A stretch of DNA of 63,998 nt, counting the filler, from Stramenopiles sp. TOSAG23-2 (taxonomy: Eukaryota), in assembly GCA_900128395.1 (NCBI GenBank). It is 8 parts of 8 records of this genome, joined end to end, with 100 filler letters (N's around TTAATTAATTAA, not from the genome) between each part and the next. Parts side by side here need not be neighbours in the genome. Positions count along the whole stretch, not along the records: positions 16,110 to 24,046 come from LT650259.1; positions 24,147 to 32,070 come from LT650260.1; positions 32,171 to 40,088 come from LT650261.1; 5 more parts are not named here. One strand, written 5' to 3'. Below the pieces are notes generated by a model that worked only from the letters and a program-made list of their open reading frames with translations, ran no database searches and was not told where the DNA came from. Both the position numbers and the translations under genes were made by a program. Each line of letters opens with the position of its first letter. Within the stretch, counting starts at the first letter, position 1. This document shows positions 22,964 to 34,631 of this stretch, piece after piece.

Positions 22964-24046
22964 TTATTGCTGTGGACTACCACGGCCAAATAAATGCAAT
23001 TCATTATCATTTTGAACATTTTCATATACATTTTTTGGTGATTGATCATTCAAATGCAAACGCTTTTCCTCCACGGATGCCCATTTCAACAAACGTTTTG
23101 CATCCGTTTTCCATTCATTAATATCATTCCCAATCGCAAATGGATTCTTTTTATCTTCATTAGTTGGTAATTTTTTTGGGACATTTAATTGATTTGGATC
23201 AGCCGGATCATGTATACGTATAGTGGTTGGATGAATATCTAATTTTTTAAAAAGTGTACCATTATAATTTGCTGGTACATGGCCAACTGGTGTACGTACA
23301 TCCTTGATTTCTTTTAATGTTCCAACTTCTTGTACAGTTGGCATGACAATAGGTGAATATGTAATTGGTAATTTGGATTCTTTATGCACCATAACGGAAC
23401 CACCTAATTCTGGTATATTTTGTGGTTCATATTCTGTTGAATCAAACGTTGCTTTTTTACCATCATTATTGGATGAAACTTTTAATGGAGGTTGTTTACT
23501 ACTAGTAGTAGAACTAGCTGGACCAACGACAACGGTTTCCGATGTGGAATTTGTATCATCCACTGCTATATCATTTAAAGCATCTTCTGCATCTTTGCTT
23601 TTCGTCAAAAATTGATCTTCCTGTGGTAGATCTTTGTTTAAATCATTTAATACTTTACTAGTATTTTTGGAAACTATTTCTTTTTCTTTCTTTTTTTCCA
23701 TTTCTTCTTTTTCACCGCTAGTAGATGAACTAGTTTCAGCACCAGTTGCACTACCACTTGCTGCTGTTACTGCATTCGTTGATTTTACTTCATCGTCATC
23801 ATCATCCTCTGTTGTTGCTGCTGATACAGTTGATGTTTTGTTCTTCTTTTGATTTTTACTACTACCTTTTTTCGATTTTGTCTTGTTATCTTTTTTTCCA
23901 GCACTATCGTCGTCAATAGTTGGTTTTGTCTTCTTGTTATTATCTTCTTCACCACTACCGTTAGTTGTTGTTTTTGATGCATTTTTACTATTAGTAGAAG
24001 TGGAAGGTGCACTACTACTATTGGATTTACTATTTGTATTTGCAGC
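22964..24046 (-). CDS. Hypothetical low-complexity protein, 5'-partial
   Basis: The frame is open from the contig edge at 24046 to the stop at 22964. Ser/Thr/Lys-rich with no recognised domain. Confidence 0.6.
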   Translation of the reverse strand, partial: AANTNSKSNSSSAPSTSTNSKNASKTTTNGSGEEDNNKKTKPTIDDDSAGKKDNKTKSKKGSSKNQKKNKTSTVSAATTEDDDDDEVKSTNAVTAASGSATGAETSSSTSGEKEEMEKKKEKEIVSKNTSKVLNDLNKDLPQEDQFLTKSKDAEDALNDIAVDDTNSTSETVVVGPASSTTSSKQPPLKVSSNNDGKKATFDSTEYEPQNIPELGGSVMVHKESKLPITYSPIVMPTVQEVGTLKEIKDVRTPVGHVPANYNGTLFKKLDIHPTTIRIHDPADPNQLNVPKKLPTNEDKKNPFAIGNDINEWKTDAKRLLKWASVEEKRLHLNDQSPKNVYENVQNDNELHLFGRGSPQQ

Positions 24047-24146
24047 NNNNNNNNNNNNNNNNNNNNNNNNNNNNNNNNNNNNNNNNNNNNTTAATTAATT
24101 AANNNNNNNNNNNNNNNNNNNNNNNNNNNNNNNNNNNNNNNNNNNN
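24047..24146. other. Artificial contig spacer
   Basis: N44-TTAATTAATTAA-N44. Confidence 0.97.
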
Positions 24147-24370
24147 TTGTGGAACGAAGCATATATATATATATATACACACACACGCGCGCGCTGCACT
24201 TTCATTATATATATATATATACATACATCCACGCTGCAACATCATTTACTGATATATTCTACCAACATATTTATATATATATAAATCCATTTACATTGTA
24301 TTCTAACAACACGATATATAATATTTTACCATACGCTTCGCTTCACAAACATTTTGTTCGTATTGTCCAG

Positions 24371-24992
24371 ACAATGGGTATGGTTTGTACCACATGATAT
24401 TCCAGGATTAGTACAATTATTTGGTAATAATGAAACATTTGTAAATACATTAAATGAATTTATTGGGGATAGTCGATCACCGAAAGATGGTGGAAAATGG
24501 AAATATGGAACGTTTCTAGCAAATGGTTGGTATTGGGCAGGTAATGAACCAGATTTATTAGCACCATGGCTTTTTCCATTTGCAGGTGCACAATATTTAA
24601 CAGCATATTGGACACGATATTTAGTAAATAATGTATATACAGCAAATGGAAAATCTGGTTTACCTGGTAATGATGATTATGGAACGATGTCATCATGGTT
24701 AATATGGGGCTTAATTGGATTTTATCCAATGGCTGGTACGGAACAATATATAGTTGGTTCACCATCGTTTAATAATATAACAATAAATAGAAAAGAAGAA
24801 TATGGTTTATCAAATATACATATTATTGCATATAATAATACATCGGTAGATAATGTATATGTGAAGAAATTGATTGTTAATGGTGAAATTAGAGAGGTAG
24901 GTGGGGATGAACCATTTATTTATTGGAATGATTTGAATAGAGTGAATGGGGAGGATGTGTGTTTGGAATTTTATATGAGCGATAGTATTTGA
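24371..24992 (+). CDS. GH92 alpha-1,2-mannosidase, last exon (5'-partial)
   Basis: QWVWFVPHD, YWAGNEPD, GLPGNDDYGTMSSW and GFYP motifs. Preceded by a CTAAC branch-like site (~24303) and a CAG acceptor ending at 24370. Confidence 0.85.
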
Positions 24993-25726
24993 GAGGGGAA
25001 GAGAGAGGGAGGAAATAGAGAAAGTATATATTATGTTTGCGTGGAAAGAGTATTATAATTCTATGTTTTTTATAATATTTTCTAAATGCAACACAAATGG
25101 GTTTCTTTTCTGCTGGCTGATCTTTAATAGACAGAAATATTAGTACCAATACAATATACTAAGGGCCAAGAACGACTCGCTGTTCGCTGTGTTATAGATA
25201 GGTAAAAATTGATTTATCAAAGTATGAAATTTATTACTTAAGATGATCTCTTCCAGTTACATAGGAAAAATATAAGTACTAATAGGTATCAAACTTACGT
25301 ATTATAAATATGTAAAAAAAAGTCTGTAGCATCACATCATCACATCAGTACTGTGGGAGTACTTCCATGATTGTTTGAATGTGATTGGATTATTATCTTA
25401 TTTGCATTATTAGTCGTTATTAATATTAGGCAAATATTAAATCAATGATGAATAGTGTTATTTTATTGAATTTATTGACGTCGTCGCGAATGAAATTTTT
25501 AATGAAAAAAATGAATAAAATTTTTTATTTTAATTAAAATTTATAATTTCTTAGTTCATACGTGAAGGATATACATCGCCTTTATATCAGATTGGTAGAT
25601 ATACAACACGTGTTTGTATGATTATTATTGCTATTATCTGTAATTGAATATAGATAGATAGATAAGTGATAAGCACTTGGTGTTTTGTGTGTGTGTGTGT
25701 GTAGGTATATTAATAGTAGTAGTACA

Positions 25727-28700
25727 ATGTCACGTCCACCACCAAAGCCAACACCACCATCTTCGGCATATATGCAAGCTGATGATGGAAAGAAACGTAA
25801 GAAAGACAGAGTGGATAAACCATTAGCAAGGCAGCCACCAAAACGCCCTGCTGGTACAAAACCATCGTACCAGCCAGAAGGGCTAGGTAGAAAACAAATT
25901 GGTGCTCCTGGTAAGCCGCCACCCAAGCATGATCCTCCTGTTGCTGCTTCTTCAGCACCAGGAATGCCACCTGTTCGTGTGAGGGAGAATATAAGTAAGA
26001 AGGAAAAGCCACCTTTGCCAATGGGGCCTCCACCAACAGAAGGTCAAAAGCAAGCACCAGCAGGTGTTGTACCACACTTCGCACAAGCAAAAGTGGCGAT
26101 GCAACAAGGTCATCTAGGTGCTCCTACTGATATGAGAATGGCACCTCCATCCCAACCACATCCAGTCCAACATCAACAAATGCAACAGCAACGACAACAA
26201 ATGCAACAACAAAGATTTGGTGATGCACCTTTACAACAACAACAACAACAACAACAACAATACATGCAACAACCTGGTGTAAAAGCGCCACCGTTGGGTC
26301 CACCTCCCACATCAGCAATGGTTTCACAACAACAGCATCAACATGGTCCTCCTTCTCAAATACCAATGCAAATGAAGCCACCGTCTATTGCGCCGCCAAC
26401 ATCTGCACCAACATCTTCGTTGCAGCCGCCAACAATGTTAACACCTCCAACACAAATGGCACCTCCATTATCAATACCACCATCTCGTCCAACAATGCAA
26501 TTACCTCGTGGACCAGCGCCTCCATCCATTGCACCGCCAAAACAAGGTCAACCAAATCTATTAGCACGTCGTGTTCCTGGATCAACAGTAACGGGACAAA
26601 GATTGCCGCCAAAAGGCATCCCTCCTCCGGCATCAAGAGCAGGTCCATCAAGAGGGCCGAAGCCGCCTGGTATTATGGCTCCATCACAACAACAACATAT
26701 AATGCCACCATCACAGCAACAACAGATAATGCCGCCATCACAACAACAACAAATAATGCCACCACAACAACAAAGGCAAATCATGCCACCAAGGCCTGGC
26801 GCTAGGCCACCATCATCAAAACGGCCACCCCCTAGTCAACAACGGCCGCCGCCATCCCAACGACCACCCGTATGTAATATTTCTATATATATATATATAT
26901 AAATATACATTCTGAATATTTCAATTTGAAGTTTCATTTACTAACCAAATCATATTAAATATATCCGTATAGCCATCATCCGCTCAACGGCCTGCCCCTC
27001 GAGGACCAAGGGGATCAGTTCAACGGCCACCAGTAAGTACAAAACACATATTAACCTTTGATTTTCAAATTTACTAACATGTTTTATTCATTTATTTTAT
27101 TTATTTACAAAGCCATCTGGATCGAGACCACCGGTAAGTTAAATCAAATTCCAAAAGTCTATAAAATAAATACTAACAATTATATCTTCATATTTAAAAA
27201 CAGCCATCATCCGCTCAAAGGCCTGCCCCTCGAGGACCAAGGGGATCAGTACAACGGCCACCAGTAAGTACAAAACACATATTAACCTTTGATTTTCAAA
27301 TTTACTAACATGTTTTATTCATTTATTTTATTTATTTACAAAGCCATCTGGATCGAGACCACCAGTAAGTTAAATCAAATTCCAAAAATCTATATAATAA
27401 ATACTAACAATTATATCTTCATATTTAAAAACAGCCATCATCCGCTCAAAGGCCTGCCCCTCGAGGACCAAGGGGATCAGCACAACGGCCACCAGTAAGT
27501 ACAAAACATATATAAACCTTTGATTTTCAAATTTACTAACATGTTTTATTCATTTATTTTATTTATTTACAAAGCCATCTGGATCTAGACCACCGGTAAG
27601 TTAAATCAAATTCCAAAAATCTATATAATAAATACTAACAATAATTTCATCATAATTAATAAATAAACTTATATATAGCCATCAAGCCAAGTTCCAAGAG
27701 GCCCAGGTCAAAAAAGAGCACCGCCTTCAGCAAGACCTCCCGCGCCAGGTCAACAAAGACGAATGCCACCATCTGCTAGACCAATCGCGCCAGGACAACA
27801 ACAAAGACGGGTGCCGCCACCTCAACAACAAGCTGGCCCAGTAAGTATTAAAAACATTAGATCAATATTATTATTTTTCTTGTTTATATCATACTAACCA
27901 ATATATTCACACATTGAAAATCATAAATGAAGCCGGGAAGAAAGCCTGTAAGTATATTAAACATACAATTAAACAAGATAATATATTGACAAACATCAAA
28001 ACTAACATGTTATTATTCAAGCCACCACAACAGCAAGGACGAGCACCGCCCCCTCAGCAACAAGGACGATCGCCGCCTCCTTTGCAACAAGGACGAGCAC
28101 CTGTAAGTAAACCATTATCATTTCAATATAATTTTCAAAATGAAACTCTAAAATATATAATTTAACATCAATTACTAACTGAGAAAAATTATTTAGCCAC
28201 CGCAAACTCAAGGTCGTCAACCACCACCACAATCAGTAAAGGGACGAGTTCCCCCACCGGGCAAAGCCCCTGGACGTGCGCCTGTAAGTATATACATACA
28301 TCTTATTTTCATTTAATTATATCATTTATCAAAAAATGAAAAATATTGTTACATATTTTTTTTTCATCCAATTAATACATTTTTAAAATATTAAAATTTA
28401 CTAACATAAAAAAACTGAAAATTATAAATTAAAAATTAAAAATTAGCCGCCTGGTATACCACCATCACGTGCTCCTCCACCTGGCCAAGATGATGATGAT
28501 ATGGATGGACCAGTACCACCAAAAGAAAAAGCACCAGGTCGACCAATCCCGCCTGGAAAACCACCACCGGCTCGTCCATTACCGCCAGGTGCTAAGAAGC
28601 CTGATGAAGATGTACCGAAACCTCCAGAGGAAGATGTTCCAATTGTAAGTTTTTATTTATAAAAATTGAAAAAAAATCAAACTAACATTTTTATATGATC

Positions 28701-31500
28701 AATTTAATAATAATAAAGGAGGAAGAAGACGATGCACCACCTCCTCCAATGGGTGCGCCACCACAAGACGACGATGGCGATGAAGAAGGGGCACCACCTC
28801 CGCCTCCTCCCCCAGATGAAGATGGTCCGCCGCCGTACGTAAAATAAATATAACTTTGTTCTTCACTGACTAAATCATGTTTGAAATTTCTTACTTCACT
28901 GAAAAATATTAACTAAAAATTTAATATAATTTACTAACATGTAAAAAAATTAAATATAAATATTTATAGACCACCACCGCCGCCGCCACCAGATAAGAAA
29001 GAGATACCGCCGTTAGCGGGAAGAATACGCGTGATATTGTTAGAGGCGAGAGATGTTACGGCCCACAACGCGCTAGGCATGAAGCAGCCAGGGACGAAAA
29101 TAGATCCCTACGTGAAGATGACGTTGGGGACCCATAAAAAGGCCCCAACGAAGAAATCGAAGGTGAAGAAGAAGCAGAAGAACGCTTTTAGCCTCGAAGA
29201 TGAACTCATCGAGTTCGACATAACAGACCCTGGTGTCTACATTAGTAAGAATGGTGACGATGATGAAATTGCATTGACCATCCAAGTATGGGATTCGAAC
29301 AGGTTCGCGGACGAACTGTTAGGTGAAATAACGATTTCAGTTCTGGATTTTATGGAGCAGGAATCAGAGGCATATGGTGTATTGAATGAGAATAAGTCGA
29401 TAGAATGGTGGCCTCTAACCTTCACAAGCAAGCAAGGTACACAACCTGCTGGTGAATTACGTTTACAAGTTGAATTCCTACCATCATGGGAAGGTATATT
29501 AGTGATCACTTGTTATGAAGGACGTAATTTGAAAAATATGGTAAGTGGAACTTTGAAAGAAATCTACTCTTTTGTACTTTTATAGAATATTATCTCTAAC
29601 ATAATATACACTTTGAATAATATACGACAAAAAAATATCACAGGAATTAATTGGAAAACAAGACCCATATTGTAAATTCACCCTCGGAAAAACCAAGGAA
29701 AAAACCAAGACGGTGAAAAAAGGCGGAACAAATCCATATTTTAACGAAGAAGAATGTGTATTTTGGATTGGTAAAGATTCATGGCCAAATCCATTAGTTT
29801 TTTCCTGTTTTGATGAAGATATCGGTAGTGATGATTTGATCGGTGGCCGTAGATTTAGTTTATTGCCACTTTTCACCCGTAAAGAACCAATGCATGATTG
29901 GTGGGAAATTACAAATAAAGGTAAAAAAACTGGTGAAGTTCAATTAAAATTAGAATTTTTCCCTGCTGGTCAATTACAAATAAATTGTCATGCTGGCCGT
30001 AATTTAATTGATACAGATACATTTGGACGTCAAGATCCATATGTAATATTCCGTATGAACACGCCATTAGTAAAATTAGAACGAAGAACTAAAACCGATA
30101 CGGATGGTGGTACAGAACCAGTTTGGGAAGAAATTAATCATATGCCAATTGCACATCAATATGAAATGATTATAGATGTGATGGATGAAGATATGATTGG
30201 CTCTGACGATAAAATTGGATCTGCCGCAATATCATTACTACCTGTATATAAAAATGGTTTTGCTGATCAATGGATACCAATTGGACGTAAAGATAAATGG
30301 GGAAAACGTATAAGTGCTGGTGAAATACATGTTGAATTTGATTTCGTTGGTAAACCAGGTGTTGCATATCCACAACGGCGTCCTGAAATTGATAGTTTTG
30401 ATGATTCCAACAGAAGAGATAGAGTGGCAGAAGCAAAAAAAGAAAAAGAAGAAGCGGAAAAAGCACATGATGAATTTCATGCTGAATTAGGTAGTGATAC
30501 ACGTGCAGATTCTACTGCAACTGGTAAAAAACCTGGTACAGGTAAAGCTGAAGATGCAATACCAGAAGAAGCAAAACCAACACGTCCACCTGGATCATCA
30601 ATGGAATTTACTGATCAAGAAATTAAAGATGCATTTAACTTTTTAGATCTTGATAAAAATGGTTTTATTGGTGCTGCTGAAATACGTCATATTTTAATTT
30701 GCATGGGAGAATTAATAACAGATGAAGAAGTCGATGAAATGATACGTATGGTTGATACAGATGGTGATGGACAAGTATCGTTTGCTGAATTTTTCTTATT
30801 GGTAGTGCATCCTGATCCTGGGGCACCCGACTTTAATCCTGAAAAATTAAAAGAATTAGCTGCACCACCACCACCAGATGGTTCGTCTAAAGTACAAGTA
30901 GCGGAAGCAAAAATGTCTGCAGCTGAACGTGGAAAATTAATGGCATTAAAACAAGAAAAGAAACGTTTATTAGCACAATTTGCAGAAGAAAATCGTGTAC
31001 GTGCATCATTCGTAAGAGATTGTTATGATCGATGGAGAAAATTATGTCAACAATCCAAAGAATTAGGTGATGATGAAGTTACTTTTGATGAATGGATACG
31101 ATGTGCACGTGTAGAACCAACTGGTGAAAATAAACAACTATTTCATTTATACGATGCTGCAGATGGTACAGCAGAAGGTAAAATTGATATGCGTGAATTT
31201 TTATTAGGTATTAATAATTTTAGTGGTGAATCAAGAGCACATAAAGTGACATTTACATTTAAATTATACGATGAAGATAATAATGGTTTTTTAGTTGAAG
31301 AAGAATTAGTAAAAATTTTACGTGCTACACACATGGCTACAGATGATAAACAAGTATTAAAAAAAGCAAAAACTATTTTACGACAAGTGGATAAAGATGG
31401 TGATGGTAAAGTATCACGTGAAGAATTTGCTGTAGTAGCAGAGAAATTCCCAAATATTTTATTTCCACGAATGCAAGCAAAGAAGAAGGAGGAGGATTAG
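25727..31500 (+). CDS. ~1490-aa protein with a Pro/Gln-rich N-terminus, three C2 domains and EF-hand (calmodulin/calcineurin-B-like) modules; 15 exons
   Basis: Exons read by hand: 25727-26869, 26973-27032, 27113-27133, 27204-27263, 27344-27364, 27435-27494, 27575-27595, 27679-27840, 27933-27947, 28022-28102, 28197-28283, 28447-28644, 28719-28834, 28970-29540, 29644-31500. Introns are GTA(A/T/C)GT...CTAAC...AG and the frame is continuous. C2 motifs (DPY, D-x-D...DD) and EF loops ([48 protein letters not shown]). Confidence 0.85.
26973..27660 (+). repeat. 231-bp exon-intron-exon-intron unit repeated three times
   Basis: Units start at 26973, 27204 and 27435 and differ by a few substitutions. 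Confidence 0.9.
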
Positions 31501-32070
31501 AGAGGATTTAGACATATTGGAAATTGAAAAAAACGAGGATTGGAACACGGTATATATGCATATGCCACGAATGCAAGCAAAGAAGAAGGAGGAGGATTAG
31601 AGAGGATTTAGACATATTGGAAATTGAAAAAAACGAGGATTGGAACACGGTATATATGCATATGAACGTAGAAACGTATGCCAGATGCCAGCTGGCCAGG
31701 TATGCATACTTCGAACTTCTCGCGAGTTTAAAATTGTTTAAAAATTTAAAATTTTAGTGCTCGTAAAATCGTAAATATTTTTTAGAGTACACTGAAAATA
31801 TATTTGAAAATATGAAATATTGAAATATTAATGTGAAAACTCAACTCTCCTAATACTCTCTTCTATTCGCTATTCGCGAACATTTGATAAAACAATAAAA
31901 ATTTTGTACACTTTTACACGCGCGGTGTTTACGGAAAACACTCTACGTAAATATTTATACGAGTACCGTGTATTATTAACGCACACATCTCTGATCTCTG
32001 CTCATATATCAATCACACATCAACTGGTCAAAATTTCCAACCTTGGATCTTGCCTTAATTTTTGATCCAA

Positions 32071-32170
32071 NNNNNNNNNNNNNNNNNNNNNNNNNNNNNN
32101 NNNNNNNNNNNNNNTTAATTAATTAANNNNNNNNNNNNNNNNNNNNNNNNNNNNNNNNNNNNNNNNNNNN
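32071..32170. other. Artificial contig spacer
   Basis: N44-TTAATTAATTAA-N44. Confidence 0.97.
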
Positions 32171-32178
32171 ATAGTTGA

Positions 32179-34161
32179 TGGAAATTTATATGTGCTAATA
32201 TTTGGTCCTGTGGATTCGCTGCTTCAATTGAAATCGAGCTAGGTAAAGCATTTATAACCAGCTCAGAAGAATATCGAGCAAGATATCGCGCATTGAAAAC
32301 CTATTTGGCACAAGAAAGGGAATTGCGTGATAAAGTTTTCTCTGGAAGATTACCAATTAATAAATTGGTGTTAATGAATGCGTTTGAATTAAGTAATGAA
32401 GAGCAACGGCGGGAAAGGAAAGAATTACGACGGAAAGCAAGTGAAATCAAAGAGAGTATTATAAATCCAACTTTGCCAAAAAATTCAATCATCGCTGCTA
32501 ATTCTCCAGTAGGAGGCAATCCTGAAATCATCTTACCTACAATATTTTCTCCAATGTTAGAGATTTCATCTGATGCCACTAATGGAAAAAATAGTTCTAA
32601 TGAAAAATCAACAATCCAACAGGCACAAGAAGAAGTTGGATCAGAGCACAGTAGAGAAATGAATGCCAGATTAGAAGCAATCCATCCATCTACCACTACA
32701 ACAACTACCACAACCGCTGCGTCCACCAAAGCTACTGCTGCAGATTACATGGATATAAGTGATGATGATGATGAAGGAATTAACAAGAAATCTATGTCTA
32801 CTAATTTTCAAAAGCAAAAGCCACCAATTTCAAAAAAAATCAACATTCAACAAGAAGAAGAAGTTTGGAAAGGTCAAATTGTCAAAGGCCATAATCCTGA
32901 GCATTATAAAGTAAATATGACTAATATCAAATTTTATCAAAGAAGCAGCGAATCCACAGGACCAAATATTAGCACATATAAATTTCCATCAACTATTGAA
33001 ATAAAAGGAAGAATTGGGCTTGACCAAGTAAATGCACAAATAGGAAAGTCGAAAAAATCGCGAAATGCTATATCAACATTTTTTGTTAAAAAAATAAATG
33101 ATGATAATGCACTTGATGAAATTAAAGCAGTGTTAAAGAAAGATAAACCGGCTGCATATATTAAAGTAAAGGATCAAATTTTATTCTTGATACTGACTGA
33201 ATTTTTAGATGATGGTGAAACAATTATAAATTATAAAGGCTTTATCCCAGAAGATTACCAAAACGATATGATTGGATTATTTTTTGCAACAAGTAATAGG
33301 CGACATCGCAGCAGCAGCAGTAGAAGCAATAGCCATAGCGTAAGTCAGCAGCGAGGAAGAAGTCGAAGCAACAGTCGTTCACATTCTCATTCAGCGTCTA
33401 TGAACCGTAACAATATGATGGGCAATGGAAGGCTAATGGCAGGTTCTATTGGCCCTGGTAAAAGTAGAGTGATGATGATGCAGCGAAACAATAGGGGATA
33501 TCAAAACCCTAGAGCTAATACTGGCACACCTGCATCTACAGCATCCGCATCAATGGGCAGTATAACAGATCTTGCAAATCTGGCAAATGCGATTAATCAA
33601 GCCAAGCAAGTGCCAGTAAATTCTGGGCATCAACAATTAATTAGGGATAATGCTCGCATGTGTGCACTAAATCCTAATCTGATGTTCCAATTACGAGCAC
33701 GAGCACAACAGGATAGAAATTATTTGTTTGCAGTACCAGGATCGCTTCATCATAAATATTTTTTACAATTAATACAAAACATTAAAAGTACTCAACCACC
33801 ACCACCAATTCACCAACGCCGTCCTAATAATACTATGGGTCGAGGATGGCAAATGCCGCCTGGAAACAACCGTTATCCACAACAACCACAACAATATGCT
33901 AGGGGCAATATACAACCAAGAGGCATGATGCCTGGTCCGCCAAGAACTGGTCCAACTGGAGCTATCCCACCAAGAGGAATGATGATAATGCAGCCAAGAG
34001 GTGGTCGTCAACCAAGACGTTTTCCGGGACGGGGGAGGATGAACCAAGCAAGAGGTGGGATGATGCCACCAAGGTCTCCTGGTAATGCTGCCCCACCAGG
34101 ACGTGGCAGAGGCCGTGGCAGAGGGGTAAATATGCCTGCTTGGATGACAAATGGAAGTTAG
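32179..34161 (+). CDS. PHF3/DIDO/Bye1-like TFIIS-M + SPOC protein with a SURP-like motif and RGG tail, 5'-partial
   Basis: YRARYRALKTYL...LRDKVFSGRLPINKLVLMNAFELSNEE (TFIIS central domain), VWKGQI...FPSTIEIKGRI (SPOC), an RS-rich stretch and a C-terminal RG-rich region ending NMPAWMT. The true start is not visible. Confidence 0.7.
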   Translation, partial: WKFICANIWSCGFAASIEIELGKAFITSSEEYRARYRALKTYLAQERELRDKVFSGRLPINKLVLMNAFELSNEEQRRERKELRRKASEIKESIINPTLPKNSIIAANSPVGGNPEIILPTIFSPMLEISSDATNGKNSSNEKSTIQQAQEEVGSEHSREMNARLEAIHPSTTTTTTTTAASTKATAADYMDISDDDDEGINKKSMSTNFQKQKPPISKKINIQQEEEVWKGQIVKGHNPEHYKVNMTNIKFYQRSSESTGPNISTYKFPSTIEIKGRIGLDQVNAQIGKSKKSRNAISTFFVKKINDDNALDEIKAVLKKDKPAAYIKVKDQILFLILTEFLDDGETIINYKGFIPEDYQNDMIGLFFATSNRRHRSSSSRSNSHSVSQQRGRSRSNSRSHSHSASMNRNNMMGNGRLMAGSIGPGKSRVMMMQRNNRGYQNPRANTGTPASTASASMGSITDLANLANAINQAKQVPVNSGHQQLIRDNARMCALNPNLMFQLRARAQQDRNYLFAVPGSLHHKYFLQLIQNIKSTQPPPPIHQRRPNNTMGRGWQMPPGNNRYPQQPQQYARGNIQPRGMMPGPPRTGPTGAIPPRGMMIMQPRGGRQPRRFPGRGRMNQARGGMMPPRSPGNAAPPGRGRGRGRGVNMPAWMTNGS

Positions 34162-34631
34162 TGTAGGAAGACGGGTTTATTAAAATAATATGCATATATG
34201 ATACATAAAAATGAATATTTTTGTACGATACAAAAAATATATCAGTACGTATATGCATCATATTTTTATATATATGATATATATTGGTTAAAATCTAACA
34301 TATTTTTATATAAAAGAGGGTGTTGTAAACTTTGTACTTCGTATTTTTTATAAAAATATTTTCCTTTTGATTTTACGTGTGCGTAGATTTTTCTATTATT
34401 TTTAAACTTTTAACTTCACTGCTGTCCACTGTCCACTACACAACACTTAAATGCTTTTTGCTACACTTCATGGGTTACTTTTTTTTGATGCGAAGTTCGT
34501 ACGAATAAAATACTGTGAGTGCGCGTGTTTTATATATAAACATGCACAAGCTTATAAACTTAGCCCCGCATTAATATCAGCTATTTAATTTTGTTGAATA
34601 TCAGACCGCAAAACTACATATCATACATTCC

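Noticed and set aside
26973-27660. CRISPR-like repeat-spacer appearance
   Set aside because: The units are exon-intron repeats with repeated rather than unique spacers, the context is eukaryotic, and no cas genes are present.
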